From positions 672,001 through 736,000 of the forward strand of contig OZ223300.1 of assembly GCA_965140705.1 (NCBI GenBank): a stretch of DNA of 64,000 bases, in the 5' to 3' direction. The position numbers and the translations under genes are program-made. Below the pieces are notes generated by a model, which had not been told where the DNA came from, ran no database searches, and worked only from the letters and a program-made list of their open reading frames with translations. Below are positions 9,097 to 19,110 of this stretch, piece after piece (the stretch's first letter is position 1; every line of letters begins with the position of its first letter). This DNA comes from an uncultured Arcobacter sp. Its GTDB lineage: Bacteria > Campylobacterota > Campylobacteria > Campylobacterales > Arcobacteraceae.

Positions 9097-10164
9097 TTGT
9101 CAGTTTTAGATATTGTTAAGCCTGGTGTTTTAAGTGGTAGTGAAGCATACAAACTTTTTGAATATGCAAAAGAGAACTCTTTTGCAATACCTGCTGTTAA
9201 TGTTGTGGGTACAGATTCAGTAAATGCGGTTTTAGAAGCTGCTGCAAAAGTTAATTCACCAGTTATTATTCAGTTTTCAAATGGAGGAGCTGAATTTTTT
9301 GCTGGAAAAGGTTTAAAAGATAGCAATGCAGGAATATATGGTGCTATTTCAGGTGCTATGCATGTTCATGCATTAGCAGAAGCTTATAAAGTGCCTGTTA
9401 TTTTACATACAGATCATGCTGCTAGAAAACTTTTACCTTGGATTGATGGCTTAATTGAAGCTGGCGAGTCGTTTTATTCAAAACACGGTAAACCTCTTTT
9501 TACTTCTCACATGCTTGATTTATCAGAAGAGAGCTTAGAAGAGAATATTAGCACTTGTGTTAACTATTTTAAAAGAATGAAAACTATTGATATGATGATT
9601 GAAATAGAACTTGGAATCACTGGTGGTGAAGAAGACGGTGTTGATAATAGTGATGTAGATAATGCCTTACTTTATACACAGCCAGAAGAAGTGTGTTATG
9701 CCTATGAGCAACTAAAAGAGGTATCACCTTATTTTACTATTGCTGCATCATTTGGAAATGTTCATGGTGTTTATAAACCAGGAAATGTTGTTTTAAGTCC
9801 TAAAATTTTAGATAATTCTCAAAAGTATATTTCTGAAAAACTTAATCTTCCTGCAAAATCTGTAAATTTTGTTTTCCATGGTGGTTCAGGTTCTTCTTTA
9901 GAAGAGATAAGAGAAGCTATTGAATATGGTGTAATTAAAATGAATATTGATACAGATACTCAATGGGCTTTTTGGAATGGTGTACGAGCATTTGAAGCTA
10001 AAAACCATGACTATCTACAAGGACAAATTGGTAACCCAGATGGGGAAGATAAACCAAACAAATCTTATTATGATCCAAGAAAATGGTTAAGAGCTGGAAT
10101 GGAATCAATGATTGCAAGATTAGAAATTGCATACACAGATTTGAAAGCTTTAAACAAAAACTAA
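9097..10164 (+). CDS. fbaA: Fructose-bisphosphate aldolase class II
   Basis: HTDH, SHMLDLS, GGEEDGV, FGNVHGVY, FHGGSGS, KMNIDTD, YDPRKWLR. Confidence 0.97.
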   Translation: MSVLDIVKPGVLSGSEAYKLFEYAKENSFAIPAVNVVGTDSVNAVLEAAAKVNSPVIIQFSNGGAEFFAGKGLKDSNAGIYGAISGAMHVHALAEAYKVPVILHTDHAARKLLPWIDGLIEAGESFYSKHGKPLFTSHMLDLSEESLEENISTCVNYFKRMKTIDMMIEIELGITGGEEDGVDNSDVDNALLYTQPEEVCYAYEQLKEVSPYFTIAASFGNVHGVYKPGNVVLSPKILDNSQKYISEKLNLPAKSVNFVFHGGSGSSLEEIREAIEYGVIKMNIDTDTQWAFWNGVRAFEAKNHDYLQGQIGNPDGEDKPNKSYYDPRKWLRAGMESMIARLEIAYTDLKALNKN

Positions 10165-10211
10165 TATATAAAAATATATAATCCCAAGCTAGTTTACAGA
10201 CTAGCTTGTGT

Positions 10212-10296
10212 GCCGCTATGGTGAAACTGGTAAACACGCCGGATTCAAAATCCGGTGACCTCGGTCTTGTCGGTTCAAGTCCGACTAGCGGTACCA
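10212..10296 (+). tRNA. tRNA-Leu (anticodon CAA)
   Basis: Acceptor stem GCCGCTA/TAGCGGT, discriminator A, encoded CCA. Anticodon arm CCGGA-TTCAAAA-TCCGG, long variable arm, T arm GTCGG-TTCAAGT-CCGAC. TATAAT at 10177-10182. Confidence 0.97.
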
Positions 10297-10306
10297 CTTA
10301 CAATAC

Positions 10307-10329
10307 AAATCTTACTTATGTAAGGTTTT
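10307..10329 (+). terminator. Probable intrinsic terminator after the tRNA
   Basis: Hairpin AAATCTTAC-TTAT-GTAAGGTTT between convergent genes. Confidence 0.45.
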
Positions 10330-10368
10330 AGTATTTACTTCTACTTCTAATATTAACTTAAACAAAAT

Positions 10369-10896
10369 TTATTTTAAATTTTCTCCATTAGTAATAAAAG
10401 AAAAGGCTTTATTCCCAGAGTTGTTTACCATAACAGCCTGAACTATTGGATTTGAAAGAGTTTTTGAACCTTCCCATTCTACAATAAAGTTAGCCCCTGA
10501 ACCACCTCTTATGTCATTTAAATCAACAACAAAATCAATTGAAGCCATAGGTTTTAATATATGTGGCTTTGAAACATATGTTTCTAGAAGTTCTCCTTTT
10601 GTACTATAATAAGATATTTTATTTATCCACATATTTTGGTTAAAATCAGTATTTCTAATACTAAGTGTGATTCCCATTAGCTCATATTTTTCATCAGATG
10701 TGTAAACATGAGAATATACAGGAACATATACAGTTTCATGTCTATCAATACTTGTTTTAATTCTTTCAGAAGGGTAGAAGTGAGAGTACTCTTTCGCTTT
10801 CTTTTTGTTAGGCTCATCATCTGTACAGCCAGTTGCAAAAAATGTATATAAAAATATAAGTGCAATTATTTTTAATAAACTAAGTCTATTTTTCAA
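10369..10896 (-). CDS. DUF3124-family lipoprotein
   Basis: Lipobox ATGC; VYVPVYSHVY, TLSIRNTD, GGSGANFIVEW. Confidence 0.8.
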   Translation of the reverse strand: MKNRLSLLKIIALIFLYTFFATGCTDDEPNKKKAKEYSHFYPSERIKTSIDRHETVYVPVYSHVYTSDEKYELMGITLSIRNTDFNQNMWINKISYYSTKGELLETYVSKPHILKPMASIDFVVDLNDIRGGSGANFIVEWEGSKTLSNPIVQAVMVNNSGNKAFSFITNGENLK

Positions 10897-11000
10897 GTTT
10901 AAACCTCCAAGAATAATTTAAAACTATTTAATTCTAGCAAGAATATGATTAACATATATACTAATTGTAAGAATATATAAAAAATAGAAAGTTTAGTGTA

Positions 11001-12428
11001 TTAATTTTCCCAGATTAAATGTTTTTCTTTTGGTTGGGCATAAAGGTACCCTTGAGAGTAATCAATACCCAAATCAACAATTAATTGTGCAAGTTTTTCA
11101 TTATCAACAAATTCTGCAACTGTTTTAATTCCATTGATTTTAGAAAACTCTACAATTAGTTTTATTATGCTGATATTATCTTGATTATTTACAAGGTTCT
11201 GAATAAGACTTCCATCTATTTTTAAATAGTCAGGTTTTAGTTTTAAAATATTGTTCCAATTAGAGTATCCTGAGCCAAAGTCATCTAAGGCAACTTTTGT
11301 ACCATATTTCCTCAGTTTATTTGTAAATTCAATCAAAAACTCATAATCCATAATATTTTCTGTTTCTAAAAACTCTATTGTTAAACGTTTTGCAATATTT
11401 GGATGGGAGTCAAGCATTTTAAAGATAAACTCATTTGTATGTTGATTTATAACATCAATGTAAGATAAATTAATTGAGAATTCATCTGTTAAGTTTTTAA
11501 AGTCATTAAATGTATGCTCAAAAATATTCATTGTAATCTTGTGATAGAGTTTAAACTTTTTTGCAACATCAATAAATAAGTAAGGACTTAATAAAGTGTC
11601 ATTTTCTTTTATCCTAACCAAAGCTTCATATTTATAGGTTAATTTATTTTTATTATCATGAATCGCTTGGTAAACAGGAATTACTTTTTTATTTTTAAAT
11701 CCATTTTCTAAGGTAGTTAACATTTCTAATGAATCTGATTTCATATCAATATTTTCAGTATAATGATAAATACTTTTATGAATACTATTTCGGGCATATC
11801 TTAATGCAGAAAGAGCAGTAAGATATTTGGGTGATTTATCTGAATAGGCAAAATTCAAGTGTATCGTAAACTCATTTTTATCAAGAAGAAAAGACTTTTT
11901 TTCAAATAGAAGTTTTATTCTTCTTATTGAGTGTTCAATATTATCTTCATTACAGTAAAATGCAAACTCATCCCCATAGATTCTATAAAGTTTTACTTGT
12001 AGGTTCTCTTTTACTATAGAGTTTAATTCATCTGCAATCATTGCTAGAAGTTTGTCAGCTTTTTCAAAACCAAGATATTTATTAAAAACACCAAAATCAA
12101 TAACATTTAAAAGTACTACATACTTATATTGATTTTCATCAACACTTAAAAATGCATTTCTATTTTTTAATTTAGTGAGAGAATCAATTTCAGTCATTGA
12201 GATAATCTCTTTTTTAACTTTTTTTAAATCTTTAACTTTTTTAAGAGCATAAAGTGAGAGTGCAATTAATATAGAAATAAAAATTAGAATAAATTCATCT
12301 AGTCTATATTTTTCATATTGTCTAGTAAATTTATATATACTTTCAAATAAATCAAGCTTAATTAAAATAGGAGAAATTACTAAAATCAATAAAATAATAA
12401 TTATTTCGTCGGAGTATTTTTTAAACAT
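11001..12428 (-). CDS. Membrane-anchored degenerate GGDEF plus EAL protein, probable c-di-GMP phosphodiesterase
   Basis: Two N-terminal TM segments; DSLTKLKNR...RIYGDEF; YEALVRI, ALDDFGSGYSN, LKIDGSLI, VAEFV, SQGY. Confidence 0.88.
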   Translation of the reverse strand: MFKKYSDEIIIILLILVISPILIKLDLFESIYKFTRQYEKYRLDEFILIFISILIALSLYALKKVKDLKKVKKEIISMTEIDSLTKLKNRNAFLSVDENQYKYVVLLNVIDFGVFNKYLGFEKADKLLAMIADELNSIVKENLQVKLYRIYGDEFAFYCNEDNIEHSIRRIKLLFEKKSFLLDKNEFTIHLNFAYSDKSPKYLTALSALRYARNSIHKSIYHYTENIDMKSDSLEMLTTLENGFKNKKVIPVYQAIHDNKNKLTYKYEALVRIKENDTLLSPYLFIDVAKKFKLYHKITMNIFEHTFNDFKNLTDEFSINLSYIDVINQHTNEFIFKMLDSHPNIAKRLTIEFLETENIMDYEFLIEFTNKLRKYGTKVALDDFGSGYSNWNNILKLKPDYLKIDGSLIQNLVNNQDNISIIKLIVEFSKINGIKTVAEFVDNEKLAQLIVDLGIDYSQGYLYAQPKEKHLIWEN

Positions 12429-12527
12429 AGAGTACCTTGTTCCTATAATTAGGAGTTTTTTTGTTTATAATAGCAGAATAAAAATAATTCTTTTATAAAG
12501 AAAGTAAAAAAATAATTATTTATTCTT

Positions 12528-12920
12528 TTAATTTGACTTTTCTTTTTCTGTTATCAATGCCAAATTATTTAGATCATATTTTTGCAATAAGTCCAAAACT
12601 CTTACTACTCTTTTATATTGAACTTTTTCATCAATACGCACTATCAGTGGTTTGGTTTTGTCTTTTATTTGTTTGAGATTGTCTTCTAATGACTCGAAAG
12701 ATACTTCTATTCCTTTTATAGCAAGTTTTGTGGGTGAAAGTTCGATAAATATTTCATCTTTTGTAACTTCAGTCTTTTTTGCATTTGATTTTGGTAAATC
12801 TAAAACTAAGGCTAACTCTTCTTTTTTAAATACAGAAGTTACTATAAAAAATATAAGTAAAATAAACACCACATCAATGATAGGTGTTAAATCCATACCT
12901 AAAGATTCTCTTCTTTTCAT
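12528..12920 (-). CDS. exbD: ExbD/TolR family protein
   Basis: DLTPIIDVVFILLIFFIV TM motif; LIVRIDEKV. Confidence 0.85.
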   Translation of the reverse strand: MKRRESLGMDLTPIIDVVFILLIFFIVTSVFKKEELALVLDLPKSNAKKTEVTKDEIFIELSPTKLAIKGIEVSFESLEDNLKQIKDKTKPLIVRIDEKVQYKRVVRVLDLLQKYDLNNLALITEKEKSN

Positions 12921-13393
12921 GATTTAACAATCTCTTTTTTTGCTTTTAATTCTATGGCATCTATTTGTGAGATAAAGTGATTATAAGCAATATGGTGTGG
13001 AATTGCAACAATAAGCCCAGCAATTGTAGTAATTAAGGCAATAGAGATACCATTAGAAAAAATACTTGGATCTCCAAGTCCATTTTTTGTAATCGCTTCA
13101 AAAGATTTAAATACTCCATAAACTGTACCTAAAAGACCTAGTAGTGGAGCAATTGAAGCAATATTTTTTATGTATGTTAGACCAGTTTCTAATTTTTTTA
13201 CTTCATACTCTATTTGGGCGTATATTGTAAGTGCATTTTCTGTATTTACTTTGTCTCTTATATTTTTAACCATAGCATTTTTTCTTGGAAGTGTTAAAAA
13301 TTTCCAAATAATAATAGTAAATCCTATGATATTCAAAAAAATAAGAATATAAACAATAATTCCACCCTTATCAACATACTGCATTAAATCCAT
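12917..13393 (-). CDS. exbB: MotA/TolQ/ExbB proton channel protein
   Basis: IASIAPLLGLLGTVYG...GISIALITTIAGLIVAIP; overlaps exbD. Confidence 0.85.
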   Translation of the reverse strand: MDLMQYVDKGGIIVYILIFLNIIGFTIIIWKFLTLPRKNAMVKNIRDKVNTENALTIYAQIEYEVKKLETGLTYIKNIASIAPLLGLLGTVYGVFKSFEAITKNGLGDPSIFSNGISIALITTIAGLIVAIPHHIAYNHFISQIDAIELKAKKEIVKS

Positions 13394-13437
13394 TAGTTAC
13401 TCCCAAATTTTTTAGTTATTTTAGTATAATAAGTTTA

Positions 13438-14325
13438 ATGGAATATATAAACTCAAGAATTGATTCAATAAATTTTGAAAATCATCAAATTTTTATTAAA
13501 AGAGATGATTTATTAAGTAAAGAGTTCTCAGGTAATAAAGCAAGAAAATTTTACTATTTTTTAAATAAAGATTTTAAAGATATTAAAAAAATTATTTCTT
13601 TTGGTTCACCCCAAGCAAACTCTTTGTACTCCTTGTCTGTTTTAGCAAAAATAAAAAATGTAAAACTAGATTTTTATGTCTCTCACATAGCTTCTTTTTT
13701 AAAAGAGAATCCTCAAGGGAATTATAAAGAGGCATTAAAAAATGGTGCAAATATAATAGAAATACAAAAAGAAGATTTGACAAGCCAAGAGTATGTAGAA
13801 AAAGAGATTCTAAAAGATGAAAAAGATTTTGTGTATATAGAAGAGGGTGGAAGAGTAAAAGAGGCTGAGTATGGAATAAAGATATTAGCTGAGGAAATAA
13901 ATACTTGGATAAAAGAAAATAAAAAAGAAAATTTAAAAGTGTATTTACCAAGTGGTACGGGAACAACAGCCCTTTTTTTACAAAAACATTTAGATGTAGA
14001 AGTATTAACTTCTCCTTGTGTAGGGGATGAAAACTATCTTAAAAAGCAGTTTCTACAATTAAATAACGATGAAACCAAACATCCTACAATAATAAAAACT
14101 AAAAAGAAATATCACTTTGGAAAACTCTATAAAGAGTTTTATGAAATGCATTTAAATCTTTTAAGTCAAACAAATATAGAGTTTGATTTACTTTATGATA
14201 GTTTAGGGTGGCTTACTTTGATATCCTCAAAAACTTTTCAAGATGGTGAAATTTTGTATATACATCAAGGTGGAATTTTAGGTAATGAAAGCATGATAAA
14301 TAGATACAAAAACAAATATCTTTAA
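13438..14325 (+). CDS. PLP-dependent enzyme of the ACC deaminase/D-cysteine desulfhydrase family
   Basis: IKRDDL, SGNKARK (PLP lysine), EEGG, PSGTGTT, HQGG. Confidence 0.85.
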   Translation: MEYINSRIDSINFENHQIFIKRDDLLSKEFSGNKARKFYYFLNKDFKDIKKIISFGSPQANSLYSLSVLAKIKNVKLDFYVSHIASFLKENPQGNYKEALKNGANIIEIQKEDLTSQEYVEKEILKDEKDFVYIEEGGRVKEAEYGIKILAEEINTWIKENKKENLKVYLPSGTGTTALFLQKHLDVEVLTSPCVGDENYLKKQFLQLNNDETKHPTIIKTKKKYHFGKLYKEFYEMHLNLLSQTNIEFDLLYDSLGWLTLISSKTFQDGEILYIHQGGILGNESMINRYKNKYL

Positions 14326-14350
14326 GTTTAAATCTACTAAAATAGAAATA

Positions 14351-17263
14351 ATGAAAATAAATAAATTACTACTAATATTATTATTCTTTTACTCTACACT
14401 TTTTTCTAAAGAACTAGAAAAAGTATCCCTTCAATTAAATTGGAAGTATCAGTTTGAATTTGCAGGTTTTATAACAGCATATGAAAAAGGTTATTATAAA
14501 GATATTGGTCTTGATGTAGATATAAGAGAGTTCACAAAAGATACAAATATAATCGATGATGTGACAAACAAAAAAGCTGATTTTGGTATTTTTGATTTGT
14601 CACTATTTGAATATTATAATGATAAAAAACCTCTAATGCTTTTAGCAAATTATATGAAAAAATCTGGCTTAGTATTTGTGACAAAACAAGACATTATTAC
14701 TCCATATGATTTTAAAAATAAAATTATAATGGCAAGTAAAAATGAATTGGAAAAATCTGTTTTATCAGAATTGCTTAAAAAGTTTTCAATCAAAAAAAGT
14801 GATTTTAAAAAGATTGAACCCCATCATTTTTCTTCAGAAGATTTTATAAATGGTAAAGTAGATATTATAACTGCATATTTATCAAATGAATTATATGAAA
14901 TCAAAAAATCAAAAGTACCTTATAATATAATTGATCCTTCTAATTATGACTTAGCTACTTTTGGTCTTAATTTATTTGCTCTAAAAAGTACAGTAGATAA
15001 AAATCCTGAAGAAATTAGAAAATTTATTGATGCTACAAATAAAGGTTGGGAGTATGCTTTTGCCCATAAAAAAGAGATTATTGATATTATTTATAACAAA
15101 TATTCAAAGCTAAAATCAAAGGATGCACTACTATTTGAAGCCGATGAAATTGAAAAGCTAATGATGCCAAATATATATCAAATAGGTAGTATTAGAAGTG
15201 AATTTATAGGAAGCATACTTAAAAAAATAGAAAGTTCAAATTTAGGGAAAACTATTTCAGTTAAGGATATTGTATTTAAAAATAACTATTACAAAAAGAA
15301 TGATCTTTTTAACACTAAAAATAAAGAATATTTACAAAATAAAAAGAAAATAAATGTTTGTATTGATCCTAATTGGATGCCTTTAGAAAAAATACAAAAT
15401 GGTAGATATATTGGTATAAGTAAAGAGTATATGGAGTATTTCCAAAGTATAGTACATGTGCCAATTATTTTAGTACCTACAAATAGTTGGAGTGAAAGTT
15501 TAGAAAAATTAAAAGAGAAGAAGTGTGATATTCTTTCTCTTGCAATGGATACGAAAGGTAGAGAAAAATATATTAATTTTACAAAACCATATATCTCTTC
15601 AAATTTTGTTGTTGTCACAAAAAATGATGAATTATTTGTCCCTGATGTGAAAAAAATCATAGGAAAAAGAAAATTAGCAGTAGTAAAAAATTATGCAATT
15701 ATTGATGTTTTAAAAGAAAAATATAATTACAAAAATATTGTTGAAGTAAATTCAATTGAAGAGGGCTTGGAAAAAGTACTCTCAGGTGAGGTTTTTGGAT
15801 ATATTGATTGCTTGTCTGTTGTTGGCTATAAAATTCAAAAAGAGTATACAAGTGAACTTAAGATTGTAGGAAAATTTGATGAAGCTTTAAATTTAAGTAT
15901 TGGGGTTCAAAAAGATGATTTGGAGTTATTGGAGATTTTTAATAAAGTCATAGAAAATCTTCCAGAAGATAAAAAACAAGAAATTTTAAACAAATGGGTA
16001 AATATAAAATTTGATAAGGGCATTGATTATTCTTTATTATGGAAAGTTATTATTGGATTTTTAGCAGTAATACTTCTAATTAGTTATAGACAAAAAGAGT
16101 TGATTAATAAAAATAAAAAAATAGAAGAACAAAGAAATAAATTAAAAGATAGTAATAATCAATTTAAAAGAATGCAAAAAGAGTTAGAACATACTTTAAA
16201 AAGTTTTGAAATGCTTCTTAGTTCAACTATGGATTCAATTTTTGTAATTGAAAAAAACATTTGCATAGATACAAATGAAAATGCTGTAGCACTCTTAGGA
16301 TACAAAGAAAAAAAAGAGTTAATAGGAAAAAATATTTTAAACTATCTTGAAAGTGCTTCAAGACGAGAGATTATAAAAAATCTATACACAAAAGATGAGC
16401 CCTTTGAAATAAATATAAAAGATAAAGATAATAATATAATTCCTTCTTTAATAAAAGTAAAAACAACTGCTTTTGAGGGTAAAGCTGTTTATGTTATAAG
16501 TCTAATTGATTTGAGAGAAATAAAAGAAAAAGAGGTGCTCTTTTTCAAACAATCAAAAATGGCAGCAATGGGTGAGATGATTGGAAATATAGCACATCAA
16601 TGGAGACAGCCATTAAGCGTTATTAGTGCAGTATCTACAGGTTTAAAACTAAAACTTATGGTAGGTAAATATGATGAAGAAAGTGTTATCTCTTCATTAG
16701 ATAATATGAATGAATCTGCACAATATTTATCTCAAACTATAGATGATTTTAGAAATTTTTATAAATCTGATAAAGAAAAGACTCGGGTTACATCAAATTT
16801 TATCATTGATAAAAATATAAATTTAATAAATAGTAGTTTAAAAGATAATGGAATTACAATTTTTACAAATAATAAATGTGAAGATTTAGGAATAAATACT
16901 TATCTTAATGAATTGATTCAAGCAACTGTTAATATATTTAACAACGCAAAGGATGCTTTAAATTTAAATAATGTAAATGAAGATAAATTTATATTTTTTG
17001 ATGTTTTTAAAGAAGATAAATATTTAGTTTTATCAATAAAAGATAATGCAGGTGGAGTTCCAAAAGATATAATAGACAAAGTTTTTGAACCATATTTTAC
17101 AACTAAACATAAAAGTAATGGTACAGGTATTGGTTTATATATGACCCATCAAATTATTGAAAACCATATTAATGGAAAAGTTGAAGTTAGAAATGAAGAG
17201 TTTGAGTGGGAAAATAAAAAATATAAAGGTGCTAATTTTCTCATTTATTTGCCTATTCTTTAA
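14351..17263 (+). CDS. Large sensor histidine kinase: NMT1/THI5-like and family-3 solute-binding periplasmic domains, TM, PAS-like, HisKA, HATPase
   Basis: LQLNWKYQFEFAGF (NMT1-like); CIDPNWMPLE (SBP-3-like); GNIAHQWRQPL, NNAKDA, DNAGG, FEPYFTTK, GTGIGL. Confidence 0.88.
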   Translation: MKINKLLLILLFFYSTLFSKELEKVSLQLNWKYQFEFAGFITAYEKGYYKDIGLDVDIREFTKDTNIIDDVTNKKADFGIFDLSLFEYYNDKKPLMLLANYMKKSGLVFVTKQDIITPYDFKNKIIMASKNELEKSVLSELLKKFSIKKSDFKKIEPHHFSSEDFINGKVDIITAYLSNELYEIKKSKVPYNIIDPSNYDLATFGLNLFALKSTVDKNPEEIRKFIDATNKGWEYAFAHKKEIIDIIYNKYSKLKSKDALLFEADEIEKLMMPNIYQIGSIRSEFIGSILKKIESSNLGKTISVKDIVFKNNYYKKNDLFNTKNKEYLQNKKKINVCIDPNWMPLEKIQNGRYIGISKEYMEYFQSIVHVPIILVPTNSWSESLEKLKEKKCDILSLAMDTKGREKYINFTKPYISSNFVVVTKNDELFVPDVKKIIGKRKLAVVKNYAIIDVLKEKYNYKNIVEVNSIEEGLEKVLSGEVFGYIDCLSVVGYKIQKEYTSELKIVGKFDEALNLSIGVQKDDLELLEIFNKVIENLPEDKKQEILNKWVNIKFDKGIDYSLLWKVIIGFLAVILLISYRQKELINKNKKIEEQRNKLKDSNNQFKRMQKELEHTLKSFEMLLSSTMDSIFVIEKNICIDTNENAVALLGYKEKKELIGKNILNYLESASRREIIKNLYTKDEPFEINIKDKDNNIIPSLIKVKTTAFEGKAVYVISLIDLREIKEKEVLFFKQSKMAAMGEMIGNIAHQWRQPLSVISAVSTGLKLKLMVGKYDEESVISSLDNMNESAQYLSQTIDDFRNFYKSDKEKTRVTSNFIIDKNINLINSSLKDNGITIFTNNKCEDLGINTYLNELIQATVNIFNNAKDALNLNNVNEDKFIFFDVFKEDKYLVLSIKDNAGGVPKDIIDKVFEPYFTTKHKSNGTGIGLYMTHQIIENHINGKVEVRNEEFEWENKKYKGANFLIYLPIL

Positions 17264-17296
17264 AGTTTTAATTTTATTTAGATATAATCGCAAGTT

Positions 17297-17809
17297 ATGA
17301 ATAAAAACAATATTATACTAATCGGTTTTATGGGTGTAGGTAAGGGTACCATTGCACGAGCTTTGTTTAAATCTAGTGGTAGATTTTCTATTGATACAGA
17401 TGATTTAATAGAGAGTATTACAAAAAAGAAAATTAAAACAATTTTCAAAGATGAAGGTGAAGCTTATTTTAGAGATTTAGAAAAACAATGTGCTTTATGG
17501 TTGGAAAAATCAATTACAAACACTGTTATATCTACGGGTGGTGGATTTTATAGACAAGAAAATATTAAAAATATTGGTAAAATTGTCTATTTAAAATCAT
17601 CTTTTGAAGGTATCTTAAAAAGAATTAATGATGCCCCAAATGCAAAACAAAAATTAAATAAAAGACCACTACTCAAAAATTTAGATGAAGCAAAAAAACT
17701 TTATGAAACAAGAATTAAAGAGTATGAAAAAGTATCTGACGTAATAGTTGATGTGGAAGCTAGAGATATGGAAGATATTTTAAAAGAACTAATAAGTAAG
17801 TGTGAATGA
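17297..17809 (+). CDS. aroK: Shikimate kinase
   Basis: LIGFMGVGKGT, DTDDLIE, GEAYFRDLE, STGGG, RPLL. Confidence 0.95.
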   Translation: MNKNNIILIGFMGVGKGTIARALFKSSGRFSIDTDDLIESITKKKIKTIFKDEGEAYFRDLEKQCALWLEKSITNTVISTGGGFYRQENIKNIGKIVYLKSSFEGILKRINDAPNAKQKLNKRPLLKNLDEAKKLYETRIKEYEKVSDVIVDVEARDMEDILKELISKCE

Positions 17810-17816
17810 GGACTAA

Positions 17817-19109
17817 ATGAAAATAATAAATACTACAGATTCAAATTTTAAAGAAGAGTTTGAAAACATTTTAGCAAGAGCAAAAACTGATATCAAAGGT
17901 GTTTCTGCAATAGTTACAAATATCATTGATGAAATTGTTGAAAAGGGAAATAGTGCCATTAAAGAGCATATTTCTAAGTTTGACAAATGGGAAGTGAAAG
18001 AAGATAGTGATTTAGAAATATCAGTTGATGAAATGAAAAAAGCTTATGAAAATATTGATGAAAAATTAAAAAAATCACTTCATATAGCATATGACAGAAT
18101 AAAAACTTACCATGAAAAACAACTTCCAAAATCTTGGATTGATTTTGAAAAAAATGGAAGTATCTTAGGACAAAAAGTAAGTGCAGTTGATAGAGCAGGG
18201 CTTTATATTCCTGGTGGAAAAGCTGCTTATCCAAGTAGCTTACTTATGAATGCAATTCCAGCAATAGTTGCAGGTGTTGAAGAGATAGTTGTATGTACTC
18301 CAACTCCAAATGATGAGATTAATGAACTTCTTCTTGCAGCATGTCACATCTGTGGAATCAAAAAAGCTTTTAAAGTAGGAGGTGCTAGTGCTATTGCTGC
18401 TATGGCTTATGGGACAGAAACTATTCCAAAGGTAGATGTTATAACTGGACCTGGAAATATATTTGTTGCAACTGCTAAAAAGTTGGTTTTTGGGGAAGTA
18501 AATATTGATATGATAGCAGGTCCTAGTGAGATTGGAATCTTAAGTGATGCAAGTGCAAATCCTAGATATTTAGCTATTGATTTACTTTCACAAGCAGAAC
18601 ATGATGAGATGGCAAGTTCTATTATGATAACAACATGTGATAAAGTTGCTGAGCTTACTTCAATAGAAGTTGATAGATTTTTAGAAACTTTAAGTAGACG
18701 TGAAATAGCAAAAAAATCTATTGATGATAGGGGTGCTATAATTATTGCTTCAGATATGGATGAGGCTATAAAACTTATGAATGAAATAGCACCAGAACAT
18801 TTAGAAGTTATGACAAATAATGCCTTTGAATTACTGCCAAAAATCAAGCATGCTGGAGCTATTTTCTTAGGTAAAAATACTCCTGAGCCAATAGGTGATT
18901 ATATTGCAGGACCAAATCATACACTTCCTACTGGAAGTACAGCTAAATTTTATAGTCCATTAAATGTGGAAAACTTTTTGAAAAAATCTTCGATAATAAG
19001 TTTCTCACAAGAAGCGATTGATGAACTTGGCGAAGCTTGTGCCTTACTTGCTGATACTGAAGGTTTAACAGCCCATGCAAAATCTGTAAGAGTGAGATTA
19101 GAGAAATAA
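17817..19109 (+). CDS. hisD: Histidinol dehydrogenase
   Basis: GLYIPGG, GPGNIFVA, DMIAGPSE, SQAEHD, APEHL, GPNHTLPT. Confidence 0.97.
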   Translation: MKIINTTDSNFKEEFENILARAKTDIKGVSAIVTNIIDEIVEKGNSAIKEHISKFDKWEVKEDSDLEISVDEMKKAYENIDEKLKKSLHIAYDRIKTYHEKQLPKSWIDFEKNGSILGQKVSAVDRAGLYIPGGKAAYPSSLLMNAIPAIVAGVEEIVVCTPTPNDEINELLLAACHICGIKKAFKVGGASAIAAMAYGTETIPKVDVITGPGNIFVATAKKLVFGEVNIDMIAGPSEIGILSDASANPRYLAIDLLSQAEHDEMASSIMITTCDKVAELTSIEVDRFLETLSRREIAKKSIDDRGAIIIASDMDEAIKLMNEIAPEHLEVMTNNAFELLPKIKHAGAIFLGKNTPEPIGDYIAGPNHTLPTGSTAKFYSPLNVENFLKKSSIISFSQEAIDELGEACALLADTEGLTAHAKSVRVRLEK

Positions 19110-19110
19110 T

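Noticed and set aside
10185..10208. Hairpin CAAGCTAGT-TTACAG-ACTAGCTTG between fbaA and the tRNA
   Set aside because: It is a real inverted repeat but has no U-tract and overlaps the likely tRNA start region. I cannot assign it as a terminator or regulatory RNA.
9998..10297. 99-aa minus-strand ORF starting MVPLVGLEPTRP
   Set aside because: It is the antisense translation of tRNA-Leu and the end of fbaA, a typical tRNA shadow ORF.
10212..12520. Integrative element at tRNA-Leu
   Set aside because: I found no integrase and no second copy of the tRNA 3' end in the window.
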